From Paraspadella gotoi (lineage: Eukaryota; Animalia; Chaetognatha), in the NCBI GenBank assembly GCA_051294375.1, contig CM119271.1:2511238-2575237 (forward strand): 64,000 nt of DNA. Direction: 5' to 3'. Below, piece after piece: positions 42,222 to 54,504 of this stretch. The position numbers and the translations under genes were made by a program. The notes beneath the pieces were generated by a model that was not told the DNA's origin, did not search any database, and saw only the letters and a program-made list of their open reading frames with translations. Each line of letters opens with the position of its first letter. Position 1 is the first letter of the stretch.

Positions 42222-42291
<70 letters not shown>

Positions 42292-43650
42292 GGATCTCAC
42301 GCGGGCGAACGCCATAATTAATCAGCGCGTTGATTCTCCTCACGGGTCGCTTTAATTCCCCACCTGGACGATGTTCAATTGTTTTATACTGTTTTGTTCT
42401 TTTTTTTGTTTTTTTAATTGTTTCGTGGTGTGATTTAACAATCGAGAAATTCGTGATGTAATAAACTGGGAAAAACAAAGAACTCACCGACTAATTCGAG
42501 AGTCAAGAATAATAATGAAATGATTAACTCAAAACGTTCGAAAATAGATCATGAAAATAAAAACGAAAATAAAATTTATAAACCAATCAACAATGTCGCA
42601 TAAGGCATTTGAACAACAACCTGTAAAATAGCGAGAATTACCAAAACATTACTTATGTTGCTAATATCTCTCTGTTATAACTAAACTGATTTATTTTTAA
42701 CCTTACAATCCAACTTCCTTATTAACTCACCTCACTTCCTACCAATCTCTCAACCTATCCCCCCACACAAACCACTCCCTCCCAAAGCAACTAAACTTGC
42801 GGCGCCCAAAAACATCGTGAGCGGCGTCATTCCGCGCCGGCGTCGCTCAAAGTCTTCGTCAAACGGCGGATGTCCGTTGGTCGAAATGGTCAAAGTGTTC
42901 CAGTCAATGCGGACCCGGTCTCAGAGCGGACGAGGTCTGCACGCAGCCGGCGCCGATCAACGCGGAAGCTTCCCGGACCGGCTCTGCAGGTGTGTGTGTG
43001 TAAGAGGAGGGGGGGGAGAGGATGGAGTAGGCGGTTGGGGTAGAGAAGGGAAATTAAATGATAACAGGGTGTATAAGAATGTTAAATTAAATAATATACT
43101 AAGGTAAGTCACTTCTAATTAACTAAGATTGATTTTCAATGATTGTGTAAAGTTACTGAGTGATTGGAAAGAGAAAGAATAAAAGAATGAAGAAAGAAAT
43201 AAAGAAACAAAGAAGAAAAAAAGCAAAAGGAAAGAAAAGTACAAAAAAAAGAAAAGAAAAAGACAGGTTGACAAAAAAGCAAATATTAGAAACCGATTTA
43301 AGTTAAATAGAAAGAAAAGAATCCAAAATTATCGTAGAAAAGTAAGTGAGCGTCGGAGTAAGAAAAAAAAGCATCAAAGTTATAAAAAAAAAATCAACAC
43401 AAGAAAGCATCAAGAAAGCAAGAAAGCAACTCTCCCTCCCCACGTCGCCCCCCGTTCTCCTCGAGGGTTCCAATATCCCGCAGTACGGACCGTGACGCAA
43501 AACAAACTTGGACGTAGAGGCGCGAGTTTCCCTCCAGCCGATCTCTTTTTTTTTTAAGGTTTTTTCTTTCTTCATTTTTTTTCTCCTTTTATTTCCGTTA
43601 AAGGGGGAAGAGGGGAAATTGGACATTTGCGGGACCCTTTCCAGCTGTGT

Positions 43651-43698
<48 letters not shown>

Positions 43699-44528
43699 AG
43701 TGAAAAGATCCGAAGGGGAAAATTGGACGGAAAATGGAATTTCTTCTTTTTTTTTCTTTTCTTTTTTTTCGTGCATCGAGAATAAAGAGAAAAAGTTTCC
43801 GTCTCGGTTACGCCCTCTCTCTCTCTCATCTCCTCCTCTCTCTCTCTCTCTCTCTCTCTTCTTCTTTCTCTCTCCTCTTTCTCTCTCCTTCATTCAAATT
43901 CTCGTGACGGGAAAATTCCGGTCTATTTTTTTTTTGCAGAGAATCGAGGCGAGAATTTTTATTTGCACCGCGGGATGATTGATTGACTGATTGATTGATT
44001 GATGATTGACTAAATTATTTTAGATTATTGATTGGCTTGAAAGTGTTTGACTGAACTTATTTGCTGGATTAATTGACTGAGAGAATCTTTTGCCAAAGCA
44101 TCGCGTAAACAGATTGATCGAATTCTTCTGTCGAAATTGCGCGATTGTACTGGTTAAAAAAACCCAACTGCTTCGCCTTTTTTGACTGAACCAACTGAAC
44201 CAAGCAATGAGATAAACTGTTGGTTGAGGTAAACAGTTGCAATTTCCGCCAGATTTTCTTTCAATTGGCTGAACTCTTCTTTTTTTCCACTTAATTGGCA
44301 AAAGCCGGCGCGACTCTTTCCAGACGATAGGCAAAATTCCTTCTTTTTCCTTTTCATTAACTTAAAAAAAAACACACACACAAAAAAAAAACAGTTTCTT
44401 GTTTCCACGAGAGATTCGACGCCACACTGTCTTTTCGAAGGTGGGCGATTGTAAACAAACTGAGGAGATGCTCTCTCTCTCAAAATGTCAGTAAGTCACT
44501 ACATCGTCTCTCTCTCTCTCTCTCCTCT

Positions 44529-44594
<66 letters not shown>

Positions 44595-47500
44595 GTGGAG
44601 ACGTATTTTGGCATCGAAGGTTACACTTGCCGAATGCGTCGCTTATTCCAAGCCGGACAAACTCGGAGCGAAAGGCCAAAGTCCGAACCGCCTTTTTGAA
44701 AGAAGTAAGGCAAGAAGAGCAAGAGGTAAAAGGTGGGTGAGGTAGAGAAGGCAAAGAGGCAGAGGAAGAACAAATAACGCACTATTTCCAAAGCTTCGAT
44801 TCTGTTTAGAATCTCTTACCTTAATTTATTTTAAAAAAATATATTAACGTAATTTTAATTCAATGTTTAGAATAATTATAACCCAAATACAATTGTGTTA
44901 AACTTTTTTCATTGTGTATGTATTAGATTAATAACGCTGATGAAGCCGAAACATGTCCGTTTTTTCTTTTAAAATCTAGTTGAAAACTATCTGTTGAAAT
45001 TCGTTTAAAACTTTTCACTAACTCAAATACCTAACTTTAACCTTACTTTTAAACTTTTTTTTAAACCAAAACTTATCTTTTTAACCATATCTAAACCCTT
45101 ACCCCGAACCTCAATTCTTGACCCAATTCCGTAACAAAATTCTCTAACTAAATCTACAAACTTAATTCCTTAACTTATCTTTTATCCTAATTATTAAATT
45201 ATTTAATTATAAATTTAATTTAAAATCGGACTCTTTTAGAAAATAAGGATGAAATGTCTTGAGACGTTGAATGCGAAATGTTGATTTTGGCGGCAAGAAT
45301 TTTTTTTTTGGCCGTCGGATGGAAACGGCATTCCTTGGCATTCCTTGGCATTCCTTGGCATTCCTCTCGGCATTCTGATATATTATGCCGATCGTTTTTT
45401 ATTGCGACTGTGATCTTGCAGTTGTAGCAATTTAGAAATTGGCAAGATGTAAATTAATTTTTCGTCATTCTGGCCATTAAGACCGTTTAAGCCCATATTT
45501 GACCGCATATATACTAATGAGTTCATTAATTGTATTCTTATCGTAATTTTATATTCCTCCAGCGATATTGATCCCCCCCATTATAAAGTTAAGCTCGTAA
45601 GCCAAAAATCTACTTAATCGTATGTTATGATTTTCCAAAGAGAAATTCTCTGAAAAAAAACTATAGAATGTTTAATCATTTTCATTAATTATTTGAAATT
45701 AAACACTTTCGCCCATTAGGTCCCTCTCTTCAGCGCTTCGAAACGCGAGCTGATCGCCACATCGGGTGTGAGGAACATCATTCCGTGGCAGCTTCGTGCG
45801 CTTCCCCCACAAGGGCTTCCACTTCCAGAGGTGAGGTCGATGGAGGAAGGGTGAGGTAACGACGGACATCAGATAACATAAATTCAAAGACAGTAATGCT
45901 ATAACAGTCATTAACGCAGTAATAGTAACTCGTAATAGTAACGCTACCAATAACAGCATAAAAGACTAGAACACAGTAAAAAATACGACCTAGACTGATC
46001 ACGAAAAATATAACAAAACCACTAACATCAAAACACATAACACTACTAAAATGTTCATAAAAAAATATAAAATCAAAAATCTAAAACAAATTCAAAACAA
46101 AAATGAACGTTTTAGAAACAAACGCAATTTATTAATAATTTTTTTTTTACACCAGAAAACAGCATTAACACAATCAAAAACATTATACAGAAAAAAAAAT
46201 AATTTTCACTCGTCCCACATCGCGTTTAAATACGATAAACATCATCTCACTCAGTTCGGCAATAAGCGCTTCTAGAACTCTTTGAAAGATAGGATAGCTA
46301 GTTGGCTTTAAATAGTACATGCAGTCGAGTTAAAATTATCAAAAATATGATTATTTGGACCAAACGTTAAATTGTTACTATAATTTCCGTGCCAACACTT
46401 TTAAACGCTCGGTTACGACACGACAATATGCAAATGAGATAAAGCTTATTTTTCTTCTTCTTTTCTCTCTCCCCCCCTCGACTCCAATCCGCCCCCCCCT
46501 TTCTCCCGGACTCGAAATAATTCATTCGCCATCCTCGAGCCCCTCAGCCCTACAATTTAGTCACGTGACCCCCCACGCTCCCCCTCTCTCTTCGCGCCTC
46601 CACATTTTCTCTTTACAACGAAGTTCGTAATCCCCGAGTTTCCGTTAAAACGATGATCTCGCGCGTTTTATTTTTTTTGATGATTGATTCCTCGGCCCTT
46701 CGTTCTCGTCATTTGCACGAAGGATTCCGGCGGACGATAATTTCGTAACCGAGTTGCATAAAATGTAACTTAGTTTATCTACGGCTTTTGCCTTTGGAGA
46801 TTTTTTTTTTATTATTGTTAGGGAGTGAGAGAAAACGAAAAAATAGTTTATATCCCAGGCGTTTGTTTATATTAAAGGGAAAGCGACCTTAGACGGAATT
46901 ATATCATTTATTATCGTACGATGATGGGATACATTGTTTTGATTGTATTTATTGTCGGAACGAATCAACTCCTTTTTCGCTAGGAAAACATTAGAAAGGA
47001 CGACGACGACGACAACAACAACATAACTACAAAAAATTCGACGTCGAACAACAACGACGACAGCTACATGGAAGACAACAACAATCATTCTATTCGCGGA
47101 AATTAACAATAACGAAAACAACAATTTATTTTTAAATGACATGAAAACAAGAAACGACAACGACAAACGACAAACGAGGACGACGACAAACATTAAATTT
47201 AAAATACGTACATAACAAGGAATTTTAAAACTACCAACCACTACGCACAAAAAAAAAACCGCCACTTGGTAACCTCTCTCCGCCAACCTGATCACATTTA
47301 ACCCACGACCTCTCCACAACTCCCCACTCCCTTTTATCTTTCCACAACCATCAGGTCTTTTGGTTGAAGAACGAGAAACTCCTCGACGTGAAGAATCTCG
47401 TCGGTCACATCATCACAAACGAAGGGAATCTAATCATCAGTCAGGCACAGTTGTCCGACACGGGTGAGCCAAGATCACTGTGGGAGAGTGGAGTGGGGAG

Positions 47501-50500
47501 AGAAAGGAAGAGTCCGATGGTTTTTTTCGCGCCGAAGNNNNNNNNNNNNNNNNNNNNNNNNNNNNNNNNNNNNNNNNNNNNNNNNNNNNNNNNNNNNNNN
47601 NNNNNNNNNNNNNNNNNNNNNNNNNNNNNNNNNNNNNATCTTGCAGTTGTAGCAATTTAGAAATTGGCAAATGAATAATTTTTCGTGATTCTGGCCATTT
47701 AAGACCTTTAAGCCATATTTACCTGGCAAAATATAGCTAATGAGTTCATTAATTGTATTCTTATCGTAAAAATTTATATTCCTCCGACGGATATTGAAAT
47801 CCCCCCCCCATATAGTTTGGCTCGTAAAGCCAAAAAATCTACTTAAATCGCATGGATGAAAACTATTGCCAAAGAGAATTCTCTGAAAAAAACTATAGAA
47901 TGTTTAATCATTTTCATAATTATTTGAAATTAACACTTTCCCCCATTGGTCCCTCTCTTCAGCGCTTCGAACGCGAGCCTATCGCCACATCGGTGGAGGA
48001 ACATCATTCCGTGCAGCTTCAGTGCCTTCCCCCACAGGGGCTTCCACTTCCAGAGGTGAGGTCGATGGAGGAAGGGTGAGGTACGACGGACATCAGATAA
48101 CATAATTCAAAGACAGTAATGCTATAACAGTTGCATTAACGCAGTAATAGTAACTCAGTAATAGTAACGCTACCAATAACAGCATAAAAAGACTAGAACA
48201 CAGTAAAAAATACGACCTAGACTGATCACGAAAAATATAACAAAACCACTAACATCAAAACACATAACACTACTAAAATGTTCATAAAAAAAATATAAAA
48301 TCAAAAATCTAAAACAAATTCAAAACAAAAATGAACGTTTTAGAAACAAACGCCAATTTATTAATAATTTTTTTTTTACACCAGAAACAGCATTAACACA
48401 ATCAAAAACATATACAGAAAAAAAAAATTTTCACACTCGTCCCACATCGCGTTTAAATACGATAAACATCATCTCACTCAGTTCGGCAATAAGCGCTTCT
48501 AGAACTCTTTGAAAGATAGGATAGCTAGTTGGCTTTAAATAGTACATGCAGTCGAGTTAAAATTATCAAAATATGATTATTTTGGACCAACGTTAAATTG
48601 TTACTATAATTTCCGTGCCAACACTTTTAAACGCTCGGTTACGAACACGACAATATGCAAATGAGAATAAAGCTGTATTTTTTCCTTCTTTTCTCTCTCC
48701 CCCCCTCGACTCCAATCCGCCCCCCCCTTTCTCCCGGACTCGAAATAATATCATTCGCCATCCACGAGCCCCTCAGCCCTACAATTTAGTCACGTGACCC
48801 CCCCCTGCTCCCCCCCCTCTCTTCCGCCTCACATTTTCTCTTACAACGAAGTTCGTAATCCCCGAGTTTCCGTTAAAACCGATGACTCGCGTTTATTTTT
48901 TTTGATGATTGATTCCTCGGCCCTTCGTTCTCGTCATTTGGCCGGCGGACGATAAATTTCGTAACCGAGTTGCATAAAATGTAACTTAGTTTATCTACGG
49001 CTTTTGCCTTTGGAGATTTTTTTTTTATTATTGTTAGGGAGTGAGAGAAAACGAAAAAATAGTTTATATCCCAGGCGTTTGTTATATTAAAGGGAAAGCG
49101 ACCTTAGACGGAATTATATCATTTATTATCGTACGATGATGGGATACATTGTTTTGATTGTATTTATTGTCGGAACGAATCAACTCCTTTTTCGCTAGGA
49201 AAACATTAGAAAGGACGACGACGACGACAACAACAACATAACTACAAAAATTCACGTAACAACAACGACGACAGCTACATGGAAGACAACAACAATCATT
49301 CTGTGGGAGATTGTATTAAAAAACATTGTTTGAGCACTTAGCTCTAACCTAATTTGTACCTTGTAGATTTCACTGGCGAAGCCATTTCACTCTCAAAAAT
49401 AAGAATCAATCCAAATCACAAGATTTAATAAAATAATCAAGCAGAGCAACAAAGAGTGAGCTATTGAGAAATAAAGAGAGCCAGAGAGAGAGCTACAGAT
49501 AGAGCTCAAAGCTGTACAAAAATAATAATTTCAATGATTAGAATTCATTTCAAAGAGTTACAAATATTTCATCATGTTACCTAATGTTTCCTGGGCAATC
49601 TCCTAAAAGTTTAACATCTACTTGCCCTTTTATACTTCTTTAAATTTAAATAGACCAATTAAAAACGACTTTCGACTTTGAGAATACTACCAATAATTGG
49701 ATCAGAAAGGTCTCGTCCAATCAGATTTAAAACTAAATATCAACCAATGAAATCATAGAATAGAGGACGAGTTTGAGAATTTAAGCTAGTAACGTTATTG
49801 GGTTCCATATAAAACTGAATATTAATTTCGAAAATCAATTAAATATTTATAAACTATTTAACACATTCTATTCGCGGAAATTAACAACAACGAAAACAAC
49901 AATTTAAAAACAATGACATGAAAACAAGAAAACGACAACGACAAAACCTAACGAGGACGACCAAAACATTAAATTTAAAATACGTACATAACACGGAATT
50001 TTAAAACTACCAACCACTACGCACAAAAAAAAAAACCCGCCACTTGGTAACCTCTCTCCGCCAACCTGACCTCACCACAACTCCCCACTCCCTTTTATCT
50101 TTCCACAACCATCAGGTCTTTTTGGTTGAAGAACGAGAAACTCCTCGACGTGAAGAATCTCGTCGGTCACATCATCACAAACGAGGGAATCTATCATCAG
50201 TCAGGCACAGTTGTCCGACACGGGTGAGCCAAGATCACTGTGGGAGAGTGGAGTGGGGAAAGAAAGGAAGAGTCGGATGGTTTTTTCGCGCCGAAGAGAG
50301 AAAGAAAAAGAGTGGATGTAATTTAAACGGGTTCTTAATGGAGAGGGAAGAGTAAAAGTTGATAGAGAGAGAGAGAGATGAAGAGAGAGCAGAGAGAGAG
50401 AGAGAGAGAGAGAGGCAGGCGAAAAAACAAAGGCTATATATATATCCAGATTCGAGCGAGTTGAAGAGAGAGAGAGAATCTGTGGGAAATTACGGTAAAT

Positions 50501-52195
50501 GATAGCAATTGAGTTGTAGAGAGAGAGAGAGAGAGAGAGTGGAGGATCTCACGCGGGGCGAACGCCATAATTAATTCAGCGCGTTGATTCTCCTTCACGG
50601 GTTCGGCTTTTAATTCCCACCTGAGCAGATGTTCAATTGTTTTTATACTGTTTTTATTGTTTTTTTTTTGTTTTTATTTGTTTTTCGTGGTTGTGATTTA
50701 AGAATCGAGAAATTTCGTGATGTGAATAACTGGGAATAATTAAAAAGAATTCATCCGAGCTAATTCGAGAGTCAATGAATTAATTAATTTGAGAATTGAT
50801 TAACTGCAAACGTTCGAAAATAGATCATGAAAAATAAAACGAAAATAATAATTTATAAGCCAATCAACAATGTCGCATAAGGCAATTTGAACAAACAAGC
50901 CTTGTAAAATAGCGAGAATTTACCAAAACATTTACTTATTGTTGCTAAGTATCCTTGTTCTCTTGTTAATAACTCAAACCTTATTTATTTTAACCTTACA
51001 ATTCAACTTCGTTATCAACTCACCTCACCTCCTTACCAATCTCTCTCAACTTCTCCCCCCCACCTCCAAACCTACTCCCCTCCCAAGGCAACTACACTTG
51101 CGGCGCCCAAAACATCGTGACGCGGCGTCATTCCGCGCCGGCGTCGCTCAAAGTCTTCGTCAACGGCGGATGGTCCGTTTGGTCGAAATGGTCAAAGTGT
51201 TCCAGTCAATGCGGACCCGGGTTCTCAAGGCGGACGAGGTCTTGCACGCAGCCGCGCCGATCAACGGCGGGAATGCTTGTCCCGGACCGGCTCTGCAGGT
51301 GGTGTGTGTGTGTTAAGAGGGAGGGGGGGAGAGGGATGGAGGGGGAGGAGGCGGTTGGGGGTAGAAGGAGAGGGAAACTAATGATAACAGGGTGTATAGA
51401 AATGTTATAGAATTAATATAAACACGGAAAGTCACTTTCTAATTAACAAGAGATTGGTTTCAATGATTGTGAAGTTTTACTGAATGAGTGAGTTGCGAAA
51501 GAGAAAGAAGAAAGAAAATGAAAGAAAAAATAAAGAAACAAAGAAAGAAAAGAAGAAGCAAAGGAAAGAAAGTACAAAAAAAAGAAAAGAAAAGACAGTT
51601 GACTAAAAAAGAAATATTAGAAACCGGATTTAAGTTAAATATAAGAAAAAAAGCACAAAATTATCGTAGAAAAGTAAGTGAGCGTCGAGTAAGAAAAAAA
51701 GCATCAAAGTTATAAAAAAAAAAACAACACAAGAAAGCATCAAAGAAATCAAGAAAGCAACTCCCCCCCACGTCTGCCCCCTTTCTCCCTCGAGGGGTTC
51801 CCAATATCCCCGCAGGTAACGTGACTCTCGTGACGCAAACAAACTTGGACGGTAGAGGCGCGAGTTTCCCTCCAGCCGATGCTCTTTTTTTTTTTAAAGG
51901 TTTTTTTCTTTCTTTCTTTTTTTTCTTCTTTTATTTCCCGTTAAGGGGGAAGGAGGGGAAATTGGACATTTGGCGGGACCTTTTCCAGCTTTGAGTGCAG
52001 AGATGAGGAGCAGAGAGAGAGAGAGAAGAGAGAGAGGAGAGAGAGAGAGGAGAGAGACGAGAGAGAGAGTGAGAGTGAAAAGATCCGAAGGGGAAAATTG
52101 GACGAAAATGGAATTTCTTCTTTTTTTTTTCTTTTCTTTTTTTTCGTGACTCGAGAAATAAAGAGAAAAAGTTTCCGTCTCGGGTTACGCCCCTC

Positions 52196-52264
<69 letters not shown>

Positions 52265-54304
52265 TCTCTCTCTCTCTCTTCTTTCTCTATTGATTATTTT
52301 CGTAGTTTGTCCTTTTTGTTTCGTTCTCCTAATTTCTCGCTCTACTCTTCCCGCGCGTCTATTACGTTCTGTTGTTCTCTTGTTTTGTAAAATAATTTTC
52401 TTTTCTTTATCCACACAGGGTTTTCCTTGGCCCGTTTTTTCTCCCTCCCATCTGCCCGCCCCTATTTTAGATTCTTCGACCTGTTTCCATTCTTTCTTTT
52501 TGCTCTCCTTTCTTCCTTTCACTCTTTTGCTTGTCACCAGTGTTACTTGCAACAAAATATAATTTTTTTTTAATTAAAAAAATAACATTGAAGATGACAG
52601 TGACGCAATAAATAAATCGATAAAATAATCAAATAATAATCCTATACAGCATTGAAAAATGACGTAATTACAATAACGTTGACTGTGTCATAATAGAACA
52701 TACAAACCCTTACCTGATAAACATTAACTTTGACTGTGACTTAATAAAATAATCAGACCGTACAGAACTTAAAATGACGTATATCATTAACATTTATTGT
52801 GAATATTAGTGGTAACAAACCCATACAACACAGAAAGTGAATTAATGACCGTGACTGCGACTCAAATGAATAATGAAATATTACATTTTTTTTTATTAAA
52901 AAGTCATTGACAATCACAATAAATCAAATAAAATATCAAAACATACAGGACCCAAAATGACATTGGACTTAAAATGACACAAAACGACGTAAAGGACTTT
53001 AATGAATAAATGACTAAACGTGACTAGACATTAATTTTTTTTATTAAAAAGACGACGATGACAATGACACAATAATTAATTATTTAAATAAAACTTTAAA
53101 GCTATACTAAAGTTTTACAGTAACAAAAGTGGCTCCAATTTTAGCTTGCAACGATCTTCTTCAAAGTTTATTCGTTTCTGTATTTCATTTTTTATATCTT
53201 GCTCTTTTTCGGCGGCCATAAACCAGAATAAAAGATACTTAAAAAATGACTTTAAATTTATAGTTATCTAATTATTAGTTTCAAAATGCTCTTCATTCAA
53301 ACAATTTCAAACCACCAACAGCAGGGTTGAAGAAAATAACGAAACCCAATAGTCATGCCGTAATATGCAAATTGAATTGCAGAGTTTCCCTTTTAAATAT
53401 CTTCCGCTTTTTTTCTCTCCCCCCAAACAGAAGGAACCTTGTCACTCTGCGTGTCCCGTTGACGGGAACTGGTCGCCATGGACCAAGTGGACTTCTTGTG
53501 GACTCGATTGTCGACTATCATCGAAGCGGTTCTGCAACAATCCGCCGCCCGCGCACAAGGTGAGTTCGACATTATTACTGAAGCGGATGTTGGAGAATAA
53601 GTCTTGTTAGAGTTTTTCACAATGAGAACAGATAGTTTTAAAGATGTAAGTTTTTTTAAAATTATTAACCGAAAGAGTTTTTGATTATGTATGATTATAT
53701 TTATTGTCATACAGAACTGAGCGGCGTTTGTTTTTGTAGTTGTTAAGTAAACAACTATGTACAAAGTTAAGATGGCATTAGAATTGACAAGATAACAGAT
53801 TCATATTCAGTAAAGCGATAAATAATACGTTTTGAGATAAGTATCGCCAAGATGGTAACAATTGACTTTAAAGTCTTCCTGATTGTTTTGAATCGGTCTT
53901 AAAGACGCCGACGGAATCTTGGAGAGAAGCCCTTTCGATCCGATGGCCACTCCTCGAGCCGAGAATTGTCTCGTCTCGATCCGCCGCCGCGGGGCATCCC
54001 GCATTTCGATCGTGCAGAGAGGGCGTCGCCGCGAAGGTGCGAATTATGTTTGGGGCGGAGAGATGAAAAGTAATTTGTTGGTTGGAACTTGGAAAGTGCG
54101 GGGAGGCGGTGGAGAAGAGAGACCGAGGGTGTTGGAGAGGAGGTGCTGGGGAGAGGTGCTGGGAGGAGGTTTTGACAAGCCGGTTGCATGGTCGCTGAGG
54201 TGTCCCCTGAAGGAGATGGTCAGTGGTGTTCAGTGTGTGGCGGGAGTTGTTTGAGGATTGAAAGGGGCGTTGGAGATGCTAAGGGGGCGTGATATACAGA
54301 CGAG

Positions 54305-54341
<37 letters not shown>

Positions 54342-54442
54342 AGACGAGAGAGAGAAAAGCTTCTCGATTCCTTCCGAAATCCTCTCATGACTCATGGAGA
54401 TTAGAGCGAAATATTGGTTTCGCCAGAAACCAGATCATTTGG

Positions 54443-54504
<62 letters not shown>

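Larger units (their letters stand above)
37806..52280. repeat. Three overlapping tandem copies of the Ig/TSP1 exon block (~37806-43880, ~43890-47537, 47638-~52280)
   Basis: Exons and introns recur colinearly at high identity, with mostly single-base indels. Confidence 0.9.

Noticed and set aside
37806-52280. Dscam-like mutually exclusive exon array as a firm call
   Set aside because: Whole multi-exon blocks including introns are repeated without amino-acid diversification. It is kept only as a testable finding.
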